This document shows, one piece after another, positions 9,575-17,741 of a stretch of DNA of 64,000 nt; the stretch's first letter is position 1; each line of letters begins with the position of its first letter. The position numbers and the translations under genes are program-made. The stretch spans positions 107 to 64,106 of the forward strand of contig CAYPRG010000002.1 of assembly GCA_964413025.1 (NCBI GenBank), written 5' to 3'. The DNA is from an uncultured Planctomycetales bacterium (GTDB taxonomy: Bacteria > Omnitrophota > Gorgyraeia > Gygaellales > Profunditerraquicolaceae). Below the pieces are notes generated by a model, which did not search any database, was not told the DNA's origin, and worked only from the letters and a program-made list of their open reading frames with translations.

Positions 9575-10735
9575 ATGATGTCGACAAAGAAAGATTATTA
9601 TGAAATTTTAGGCGTGGCCAAGAGCGCTTCCCTGGATGAGGTAAAAAAAGCTTACCGGGAATTAGCGCTCAGGTTTCATCCGGACAGGGTGCCGCACGAG
9701 CAGAAAAAAGAGGCGGAAGATAAATTTAAGGAGATCTCTGAGGCTTATGCGGTGCTTTCTGATTCCCAAAAGCGCGCTCTTTATGACCAGTACGGCCATT
9801 CAGGCATAGACCAGAAATACGCTTACGAAGATATTTTTAAAGGAGCGGATTTTGGCAGCGTATTTGAGGGCATGGGTGATTTTGGTTTAGGCGGAGGCCT
9901 TTTTGAACAGATATTCGGCGATTTAGGTTATGATATCGGAGGAGGCAGGTCGAAGAGAGGGGCTCGCGGCCGCCGGGGCCGTGATTTAGAGGTAGCAGAG
10001 GATATTACCCTGGAAGAAGCGGCATCCGGAATAGAGAAGACGATTACAATTCCCCGTTATGAGACCTGCGCGATTTGTTCCGGCAGCGGGGCAAAACCGG
10101 GGACCAAGAAAATAACTTGCCCTCAATGTAAAGGTTCCGGTCGCACAGTAGTTTCCAGCGGTTTTTTTCAATTAGCCCAGACTTGTTCCAGGTGCGGCGG
10201 AGAAGGTTCAACGATCCAGGCACCATGCCCTGCCTGTAATGGGGAAGGAAGGAGCAGGGTAACCCGCAAACTCAAGATAAAGATTCCGGCAGGCGTAGAT
10301 ACCGGTTCTCATTTGAGGATTCGGGGAGAGGGAGAGTCAGGCGCGGCCGGCAACGGAGATTTGTATGTTATCATAGAGGTGAAACCTCATCCTGTTTTTG
10401 AGAGGCATAGCAATGATATATTGACCCATATAAATATCAGCTTAAGTAAGGCAATATTGGGCGCAGAGGTAGAAGTTCCTACCCTAAGCCATAGAATCAG
10501 TATGAAAATACCTGCCGGTACGCAAAGCGGCAAGATTTTTCGTTTGAAAGAAAAAGGTATCCCTGATCTGCATGGCAGGGCCGCGGGAGATGAGTTAGTC
10601 AGGGTCAATGTGGAGATTCCTGAGAGGCTTACTTCGCAACAGCGCCAGCTTATCGAAGAATTTGCCCGTCTTTCAGGTGAAGATTTAGACGCTAAACAAG
10701 GATTTTCTGATAAAGTAAAAAAAGCTTTTAGATAA
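9575..10735 (+). CDS. dnaJ: Co-chaperone DnaJ
   Basis: J domain with HPD (RFHPDRV), a G/F-rich region, and four CxxCxGxG zinc-finger repeats ([32 protein letters not shown]). Confidence 0.95.
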   Translation: MMSTKKDYYEILGVAKSASLDEVKKAYRELALRFHPDRVPHEQKKEAEDKFKEISEAYAVLSDSQKRALYDQYGHSGIDQKYAYEDIFKGADFGSVFEGMGDFGLGGGLFEQIFGDLGYDIGGGRSKRGARGRRGRDLEVAEDITLEEAASGIEKTITIPRYETCAICSGSGAKPGTKKITCPQCKGSGRTVVSSGFFQLAQTCSRCGGEGSTIQAPCPACNGEGRSRVTRKLKIKIPAGVDTGSHLRIRGEGESGAAGNGDLYVIIEVKPHPVFERHSNDILTHINISLSKAILGAEVEVPTLSHRISMKIPAGTQSGKIFRLKEKGIPDLHGRAAGDELVRVNVEIPERLTSQQRQLIEEFARLSGEDLDAKQGFSDKVKKAFR

Positions 10736-10745
10736 GGAAAAATAA

Positions 10746-10991
10746 ATGCCGACCTATGAATACGAATGCAGCAGTTGCGGCCATAAATTTGAAGCATCCC
10801 AGAGTATTACGGCCCAGCCTTTGAAAACCTGCCCAAAATGTAATAAAAAGGTAAAGCGCCTGATAAGCAGCGGCGTGGGGATAATTTTTAAAGGTTCAGG
10901 TTTCTACGCCACTGATTACCGGAAAAAAAGTAAAAGCGAAAATACCTGCCCCAAGGCCAAGGAAGGCTGTGATGGTTGTAAAAAAGATTAG
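10746..10991 (+). CDS. FmdB-family zinc-ribbon protein
   Basis: MPTYEYECSSCGHKFE...CPKC signature of the FmdB/CxxC_CxxC_SSSS family. Confidence 0.7.
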   Translation: MPTYEYECSSCGHKFEASQSITAQPLKTCPKCNKKVKRLISSGVGIIFKGSGFYATDYRKKSKSENTCPKAKEGCDGCKKD

Positions 10992-11337
10992 CCTGGAGTC
11001 GCTTGGGCTCTGGCTGCCGGTTTTTTTATTCTTGGGTATTATATTTTACGCTTCTACTATTCCCGGAAAGGATATTTCGCATTTTTTTTCATTACAGGCC
11101 GCAGCGTATCATCTGTTTGTATATCTGTTTTTGGCCTTTTTTCTAGTAAGGGCATTACGAAGGACATACCCGGATAGGCCAGGGATAAAGATAGTTTTTT
11201 TCGTGATTATTTTCGGTATTATTTATGGTATTATGGATGAGTTTCACCAGGTGTTTACGCCAGGAAGGTCTGTTTCAGGTTTCGATGTTTTTATTGACAG
11301 CCTGGGTACTATTATAGGGAGTATAATTTACAGGTGA
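10969..11337 (+). CDS. VanZ-like small membrane protein
   Basis: Four hydrophobic helices, a DEFHQ.F.PGR motif and a DV.ID..G motif typical of VanZ-like proteins. Confidence 0.55.
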   Translation: MMVVKKISLESLGLWLPVFLFLGIIFYASTIPGKDISHFFSLQAAAYHLFVYLFLAFFLVRALRRTYPDRPGIKIVFFVIIFGIIYGIMDEFHQVFTPGRSVSGFDVFIDSLGTIIGSIIYR

Positions 11338-12617
11338 GCCAGATAAAACCTTTTAAGGGAATAATTTATAATCAAAACAAAATTAAAGACCTGTCTCTTG
11401 TCGTCTGTCCGCCTTACGACGTCATATCTCCTGCCCGTCAGCAGCATTACCATGATATCGACCCCCATAACCTTATTTATATTTTATTGGGAAAAGATAT
11501 AGCCGGAGAAAATAAATACCGCAGGGCAGCGGCTTATTTTAAAGAATGGCTTAAGCAGGAAATACTTGTCCGTGACCAGAGCCCGGCGATATATTTCTAC
11601 AGCCAGCAATACAAGATCAGGGGAGAACAGAGGACCCGCCTGGGTTTTATTTCTCTTCTGCAATTAAAAAGCAAGAATTCAGGCGTGTTTGTCCATGAGC
11701 ATACCCGCCGCGCCCCCAAAGAAGACAGGTTTAAGCTGATGAAGCAGGTCAAGGCAAATTTAAGCCCTATCTTTGTTGTCTTCCTGGATAAAAAACGCAT
11801 TATCCAGCGCACCTACGAACAATATATCCAGGGCAGGCCTCCTTTTGTCGAGATAACCGATGACGAAAAAACCGTGCATAAATTATGGAGGTTGGATTCC
11901 CCGGACATATTAAAGAATATAGAAAGCAGCATGTCCGGGGAGAACATATTTATTGCCGACGGACACCACCGTTATGAGGTAGCCGGGATGTACAGGGATT
12001 TGATGGCCGAAAAATTAGGAGAAAGCGCGGTCACCGGAGAGGAAAGCTTCAATTATGTCTTATCTTATTTTACAAATACCGATCCCAGGGGGCTTTTGAT
12101 TTTACCTATCCATCGCTTGCTTAAGCTGGAAGAGAAGCTGGATTTTGATGCCTTTATACTTAAACTTAAGGTTCATTTTGATGTTGAGGAAGTTAAAGAT
12201 AAGACACGCTTTTTCTTTTTAATGGAAAAAGGCGGCCGCACTGAGCATGTTTTGGGCATGTATAAGAATAAGAAATACTGGCTGTTGCGCCTGAAGAATG
12301 TCAGAATTCTGGATAAGATGATCAGCGATAAGCCTAAGGAATACCGTTCTCTGGATGTCTCTATCCTGAACCATATAATTTTAAAAGAGACTCTGGGTTA
12401 TGACCCGGGGGATAAGGAGAGCCTGGAGTTTAATCCTCACGCCGAAGAACTTATTGAAGCGGTGGATAGTAATCCTGGCTATATCGCGTTCTTCTTGAAT
12501 CCGGTAAAGATTGAGCAGATAATCTCGGTGGCTTTAAACGGCGAGCGCATGCCTCCAAAATCCACTTATTTTTATCCCAAAGTCCTTTCGGGGCTGGCGA
12601 TAAATAAACTTGATTAA
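11334..12617 (+). CDS. DUF1015-family protein
   Basis: IKPFKGIIYN N-terminus, CPPYDVIS, ADGHHRYE and PPKSTYFYPK motifs, which I recognise as the DUF1015 family. Confidence 0.7.
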   Translation: MSQIKPFKGIIYNQNKIKDLSLVVCPPYDVISPARQQHYHDIDPHNLIYILLGKDIAGENKYRRAAAYFKEWLKQEILVRDQSPAIYFYSQQYKIRGEQRTRLGFISLLQLKSKNSGVFVHEHTRRAPKEDRFKLMKQVKANLSPIFVVFLDKKRIIQRTYEQYIQGRPPFVEITDDEKTVHKLWRLDSPDILKNIESSMSGENIFIADGHHRYEVAGMYRDLMAEKLGESAVTGEESFNYVLSYFTNTDPRGLLILPIHRLLKLEEKLDFDAFILKLKVHFDVEEVKDKTRFFFLMEKGGRTEHVLGMYKNKKYWLLRLKNVRILDKMISDKPKEYRSLDVSILNHIILKETLGYDPGDKESLEFNPHAEELIEAVDSNPGYIAFFLNPVKIEQIISVALNGERMPPKSTYFYPKVLSGLAINKLD

Positions 12618-12626
12618 GAGGAAGTT

Positions 12627-13472
12627 ATGGTGTTATTCGGCAAACCTAAATATACGATTGTAAGGTTAAAGAAAAGAGAGATGCCCGAGGGGCTTTGGAC
12701 AAAATGCGGGGGATGTTCCGAGGCGCTTTACAATAAGACACTCGAGGAAAACCTTAAGGTATGCCCGAAATGCAATTACCATTTTATATTAGGGGCTTAC
12801 GAGAGAATCAATATCACCATCGACAAGGATACATTCGAGGAATTCGATAAAGATATGGAGTCGGTTGACCCTCTGGAATTTAAGGGGCCAAAGACCTACG
12901 CCGAAAAATTATCCCAGGACCAGGCAGCCACAGGCCTTAAGGACGCGGTAATAACCGGCAAAGGCGACTTGGACAATAAAGATGTGGTGATAGCGGTTAC
13001 CGATTCGCGTTTTATTATGGGCTCGATGGGTTCGGTGGTCGGGGAAAAAATCACCCGGGCTATTGAATATGCCACCAAAAACAAGCTTCCGATGATAATT
13101 ATTTCGGGTTCCGGCGGAGGGGCCAGGATGTACGAAGGCATGTACAGCCTGATGCAGATGTCAAAGACATGCGCCGCGCTTTCCTACCACCATAAAGCGA
13201 AACTTCCCTATATTTCAGTGCTTACTAATCCTACTATGGCAGGTGTCATGGCGTCATTTGCCGGAATCGGGGATGTGATTATCGCGGAGCCAAAAGCCTT
13301 GATCGGCTTTACCGGCCCGCGGGTAATAGAACAGACTATAAGGCAAAAATTACCTCCGGGGTTTCAACGTTCGGAATTTCTTCTGGAGCACGGGCTTATT
13401 GATATGATTGCGCATCGCAAGAATTTGAAATCAACATTAAGCCAATTACTTGACTATTTAAGCGGAATTTAA
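12627..13472 (+). CDS. accD: Acetyl-CoA carboxylase carboxyltransferase beta subunit AccD
   Basis: N-terminal zinc ribbon (CGGC...CPKCNYHF) and a carboxyltransferase core (GSMGSVVGEK, SGGARMYEG). Confidence 0.9.
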   Translation: MVLFGKPKYTIVRLKKREMPEGLWTKCGGCSEALYNKTLEENLKVCPKCNYHFILGAYERINITIDKDTFEEFDKDMESVDPLEFKGPKTYAEKLSQDQAATGLKDAVITGKGDLDNKDVVIAVTDSRFIMGSMGSVVGEKITRAIEYATKNKLPMIIISGSGGGARMYEGMYSLMQMSKTCAALSYHHKAKLPYISVLTNPTMAGVMASFAGIGDVIIAEPKALIGFTGPRVIEQTIRQKLPPGFQRSEFLLEHGLIDMIAHRKNLKSTLSQLLDYLSGI

Positions 13473-13509
13473 TATAATATTAATCTCAATAACCTAAAAA
13501 GGAAAAAAA

Positions 13510-14613
13510 ATGGCTCAAGTAAGTCTTAAGGATGTTTCAAAGTTTTTTGCGAATAATGTCAAAGTAGTTGATAATATTTCTATAGGGGTAGAGAATAAGG
13601 AGTTTATGGTTTTAGTCGGGCCCTCGGGATGCGGGAAATCCACTACCCTAAGGATGATTGCTGGCCTTGAAGAGATAACCCATGGCCAGATATATATCGG
13701 AGATAAATTAGTCAATGATGTGCCGGCAAAGGACCGCGATATAGCCATGGTATTTCAGAACTACGCTTTGTATCCCCATATGACCGTCTTTGAGAATATG
13801 GCGTTTGGCTTAAAACTAAGGCATATCCCCAAGGCTGAGATTGTCCAGCGGGTCAATGAGGCCGCGGATATACTCGGCATTAAACGCCTTTTGCACCGAA
13901 AACCGCGCGAGCTTTCCGGCGGGGAGAGGCAGAGGGTTGCCGTGGGCAGGGCAATCGTGAGAAAGCCCCTGGTGTTTTTGTTTGATGAGCCTTTAAGTAA
14001 CCTTGATGCCAAGATGAGGGTGCAGATGCGCACCGAAATTCATAAGCTGCATATAAGGCTTCAGACTACTATAATATATGTTACCCATGACCAGGTCGAG
14101 GCTATGACTATGGGGGACAGGATCGCGGTAATGAAAGACGGGATTCTGCAGCAGGTTGCTGACCCCATAACCGTTTACGACCATCCTAAAAATAAATTTG
14201 TCGCAGGTTTTATCGGTTCACCGCCTATGAATTTCATGCAGGGGGAGATTACCAAGAAAGACGGCAGGTTGTATTTTAACGAAGGCAAGGTGTTGGTGAA
14301 GCTTGTTGAAGACATGCATAAAGAGATGACGCCCTATGTCGGAAAACAGGTGACATTGGGTATTCGTTCCGAAGATATTTACGATAAGTTATTCGTTTCA
14401 GAGGCTCCTCCGGAAAATATCGTAAGAGTAAACTGTGAAGTATACGAGCCTATGGGCTCGGAGGTCTACCTTTACCTTAACACAGGAAAACATACGTTCA
14501 TCGCGCGCGTAGGGGCGCATGATAAGCCCAAAGTCAATCAAGATATGGATCTGGTTTTTGACATGAGCAAGGTACATTTTTTTGACTTAGACACCGAGAA
14601 AACAATCGTATAA
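13510..14613 (+). CDS. ABC transporter ATP-binding protein, MalK/UgpC/MsmX-type
   Basis: Walker A GPSGCGKST, signature LSGGERQRV, Walker B FLFDEPLSNLD, and a C-terminal MalK-type regulatory/TOBE-like domain. No permease or binding protein is adjacent. Confidence 0.85.
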   Translation: MAQVSLKDVSKFFANNVKVVDNISIGVENKEFMVLVGPSGCGKSTTLRMIAGLEEITHGQIYIGDKLVNDVPAKDRDIAMVFQNYALYPHMTVFENMAFGLKLRHIPKAEIVQRVNEAADILGIKRLLHRKPRELSGGERQRVAVGRAIVRKPLVFLFDEPLSNLDAKMRVQMRTEIHKLHIRLQTTIIYVTHDQVEAMTMGDRIAVMKDGILQQVADPITVYDHPKNKFVAGFIGSPPMNFMQGEITKKDGRLYFNEGKVLVKLVEDMHKEMTPYVGKQVTLGIRSEDIYDKLFVSEAPPENIVRVNCEVYEPMGSEVYLYLNTGKHTFIARVGAHDKPKVNQDMDLVFDMSKVHFFDLDTEKTIV

Positions 14614-14651
14614 ATCCTCGCCTTAAGCAAACCATATCAAAAGAGATTTTT

Positions 14652-16010
14652 ATGCTATATCCCGCAATATTCGAAAAATGGGATAGACAGCTGCGGATAA
14701 ATTCCAGAAAACTCCTCGATTCTTCAAAGGGCATCCTTCCTCTAACCTTAATCACCTATATTGTTTGTTTTATATTCTTGTATATATTCAGCCCGGTTTA
14801 TTTATTCGGACAGGTTAAACACGCCGCATTAAAGCTGGTTTTATTTTATCTGGCCAACAGTTTTATCATCTTTTATCTTCTCAAGAAGAATTCCAATAGA
14901 AAATATCTGCTTGAATACCAGCTCCAGGAGTTAGAGGAGAAGATAAACGTCTCCAGCGATGAAAATTCGCAAGGCGAAAGGAATAAATTTTCCCTGCAGG
15001 AAAAAATAAACCGCTATAACAGCCTCAAGGAAATCATCGAGGAGATAAATAAGAATTTAGAGCTTGAATATGTCGCCGACAAACTTGTTTCGATTGCCTT
15101 TTCCCTGATTGCTAATAATAAGGGCGTATGCATCATGTATCTTTTGGACAGCCAGGAGCAGAAACTTAGTATTTACAAGACAAAAAAAGAAGATAAGAAG
15201 CTGATCATTAAGGCGAAAGAAGGCAATATATTTGATTTCTGGGTATTGCAGCACACCAGCCCCTTATTAATTGAGGATATCAAAAAGGACTTCCGTTTTG
15301 ATTTGGAGAAATTAAAATCCCAGGATGTAAGGAAGGTTTCATCTTTGATCAGCGTGCCCCTGGTAATCGAACGCAGGTTCCTGGGTATATTACGCCTGGA
15401 TCATCCTGACCCTTATTTTTTCTCACAGGATGACTTAAGGTTTTTGATGACGGTCTGCGATTTGGGGGCGGTAGCTTTGGAAAACAGCGAACTTTACAAA
15501 AAAACTCAAGACCTGGCTATACATGACGAGTTGACCGCGGTTTATACCAAGGGTTATTTTCTGGAGCGCCTCAAAGAGGAGTATAAGAGGAGCGTGCGCC
15601 GCGGCAGAAGCATCTCGCTTTTTATGTTAGATATAGACCATTTTAAGGATTATAACGATAAATTCGGGCATACCGCCGGAGATATCGTATTGAAAATATT
15701 ATGCCAGAACTTAGCGGAAGGTTTGAAAGATTTAAGCCCGATAATCAGCCGTTTCGGCGGAGAAGAATTTTGCGTAGTTATCCATGGCTTGGAGAAAGAG
15801 AAGATCCGCGAAGTTGCCGAGAACTTGCGGAAAAGAGTTGAGGGCACGAAGATAGTCTTACGCAGGCAGGAGACTAATGTCACTATTTCTATCGGTGTGG
15901 CTTATTCTTCTGGTGAGGATACCAGCGGCGAGGACGAGTTGATCCTGGCGGCGGATAAGGCAATGTATGAAGCAAAGCAAAAAGGAAGAAACCGGATATG
16001 TGGGATATAG
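14652..16010 (+). CDS. Membrane-anchored GAF-like/GGDEF diguanylate cyclase
   Basis: N-terminal TM helices, a coiled-coil segment, a GAF-like region, and a GGDEF domain with an intact GGEEF (SRFGGEEF). I see no RxxD I-site 5 residues upstream. Confidence 0.8.
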   Translation: MLYPAIFEKWDRQLRINSRKLLDSSKGILPLTLITYIVCFIFLYIFSPVYLFGQVKHAALKLVLFYLANSFIIFYLLKKNSNRKYLLEYQLQELEEKINVSSDENSQGERNKFSLQEKINRYNSLKEIIEEINKNLELEYVADKLVSIAFSLIANNKGVCIMYLLDSQEQKLSIYKTKKEDKKLIIKAKEGNIFDFWVLQHTSPLLIEDIKKDFRFDLEKLKSQDVRKVSSLISVPLVIERRFLGILRLDHPDPYFFSQDDLRFLMTVCDLGAVALENSELYKKTQDLAIHDELTAVYTKGYFLERLKEEYKRSVRRGRSISLFMLDIDHFKDYNDKFGHTAGDIVLKILCQNLAEGLKDLSPIISRFGGEEFCVVIHGLEKEKIREVAENLRKRVEGTKIVLRRQETNVTISIGVAYSSGEDTSGEDELILAADKAMYEAKQKGRNRICGI

Positions 16011-16996
16011 CGTTATTAGTTTTACTGTCTTTATTTTTGTTTTTGCGGCTGCGCAGGATTTTACCCAGGACTTTTACTAAGATAAAAGATGATTACCGGC
16101 AGGTTCAGCGCAGGTATAATACCCTGCTTTCTGAAGGCGCCAAACTAAAAGAGAACAATGTAATTTTAGAAAAGAAAGCCGAAGAGATAGTTACCATTTA
16201 TAATATAACCAAAGAGATATGCCAGTCCCTGGATGAAAATAAGGTATTTGAATATTTCCGCGAAGAAATAAACAGGCATCTTTCGGTAAGCGAGTGCAAA
16301 TTCTTAAAACATGATGCCGACCTGGCCCAGTATAAAGACCATTCAATCCTCCCGTTATATATAAATAAAACTCCCATTGGTTACCTGGTCACCAGCCAGA
16401 TTAGAGGGGATGAGAAGGATAAATTTCATATTCTTTCTCAGCAGTTCCTATTGGGGATTAAACGCGCCCTTTTATACCAGAAAATCCAGGAGCTGGCTAT
16501 CAGGGATAGCCTGACCCAGGTGTTTAGCCGGAGATACCTGCTTGAAAGGTTAGGCGAAGAATTGGAGCGTTCGAAAAAATTTAAATATAATTTTTCATTT
16601 TTGATGGTAGACGTAGATTATTTTAAAGAATTCAACGACCGTTATGGCCACTTGGTTGGAGATGCCATACTCAGGGAAGTGACTAACGTGATCAAGGAAA
16701 ACATAAGGCAGATTGACCTGGTAGGCAGGTATGGCGGCGAAGAGTTTTCGGTTATCCTGACTGAGACCGGCGAGGAGCAGGCGCGTTACGCCGCGGAACG
16801 TATCAGGGAGGCCATAGCGGAAAAAATTGTCAGGATCTATGACGAGCAGTTAAAAGTCACTATAAGCATCGGAATATCCATATTTCCCGATAACGGAGAT
16901 ACTGTTTTATCGCTGATTGACTCGGCGGATAAAGCCTTGTACCGTTCAAAGGAGGCCGGTAGGAATAAAGTGACTTTGGCCCAGGGCAAGAAATAA
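15998..16996 (+). CDS. Membrane-anchored GGDEF diguanylate cyclase (paralog of the upstream gene)
   Basis: One N-terminal TM helix, a coiled coil, and a GGDEF domain with RQIDLVGRYGGEEF (RxxD I-site plus GGEEF). Overlaps the upstream gene by 13 nt. Confidence 0.8.
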   Translation: MWDIALLVLLSLFLFLRLRRILPRTFTKIKDDYRQVQRRYNTLLSEGAKLKENNVILEKKAEEIVTIYNITKEICQSLDENKVFEYFREEINRHLSVSECKFLKHDADLAQYKDHSILPLYINKTPIGYLVTSQIRGDEKDKFHILSQQFLLGIKRALLYQKIQELAIRDSLTQVFSRRYLLERLGEELERSKKFKYNFSFLMVDVDYFKEFNDRYGHLVGDAILREVTNVIKENIRQIDLVGRYGGEEFSVILTETGEEQARYAAERIREAIAEKIVRIYDEQLKVTISIGISIFPDNGDTVLSLIDSADKALYRSKEAGRNKVTLAQGKK

Positions 16997-17003
16997 GATT
17001 ATT

Positions 17004-17059
17004 CCTTGCCCCGTTACTAATCTTGTGTTAATATAATTAAATTAATTTAACGGGGCAGG
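17004..17059 (+). other. Hairpin with a 10-bp GC-rich stem and a 31-nt AT-rich loop downstream of the GGDEF pair
   Basis: TGCCCCGTTA (17007-17016) pairs with TAACGGGGCA (17048-17057). The loop contains TATAAT (17032-17037). No U-tract follows, so terminator function is doubtful. Confidence 0.3.
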
Positions 17060-17091
17060 CAATTAGGTGAATCTTAATATAAAATATTGAA

Positions 17092-17736
17092 ATGAAAATA
17101 TTTATTGATACCGCGAATACTAAAGAGATAAAAGAAGCAGCCGGCCTGGGGTTAATAGACGGAGTAACTACTAATCCTTCCTTGATTTCCAGGGAAAACC
17201 GCTCGGCACCGGATTTATTGAAAGAGATTTGTTCCCTGGTAACCGGCCCGGTGAGCGCTGAGGTTATAAGCCTCGATACCGAAGGTATGCTTAGCGAGGC
17301 CCGCCAGCTTTCCAAAATAGCCGGCAACATTGTAGTTAAGATTCCTCTGGTTAAAGAAGGGCTGAAGGCGGTAAAAATCCTTTCCCAGGAAAATATAAAG
17401 ACAAATGTAACTCTTTGTTTTTCTTCTACCCAGGCCCTGTTAGCTGCTAAAGCAGGCGCGGACTACATATCGCCTTTTGTGGGCAGGCTGGATGATATAA
17501 GCCAGAGGGGCATGGATTTGGTGAAAGAGATTAAGGCCATTTATACTAATTACGGGTTTAAAACTAAGATCATTGTTGCTTCAGTTAGAAATCCTCTGCA
17601 TGTCGTAGAAGCTGCTATTTTAGGGGCGGATATAGCGACCATTCCTTTCGCGGTAATAGAACAGCTTATAAGGCATCCGCTTACTGACTTAGGCATCCAA
17701 AAATTCCTTGAGGACTACAAAAAAATTCCAAAATAA
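17092..17736 (+). CDS. tal: Short-type transaldolase / fructose-6-phosphate aldolase
   Basis: [16 protein letters not shown]...[13 protein letters not shown] and SPFVGRLDD motifs of the 215-aa Tal/FSA family. Confidence 0.85.
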   Translation: MKIFIDTANTKEIKEAAGLGLIDGVTTNPSLISRENRSAPDLLKEICSLVTGPVSAEVISLDTEGMLSEARQLSKIAGNIVVKIPLVKEGLKAVKILSQENIKTNVTLCFSSTQALLAAKAGADYISPFVGRLDDISQRGMDLVKEIKAIYTNYGFKTKIIVASVRNPLHVVEAAILGADIATIPFAVIEQLIRHPLTDLGIQKFLEDYKKIPK

Positions 17737-17741
17737 TCTAA

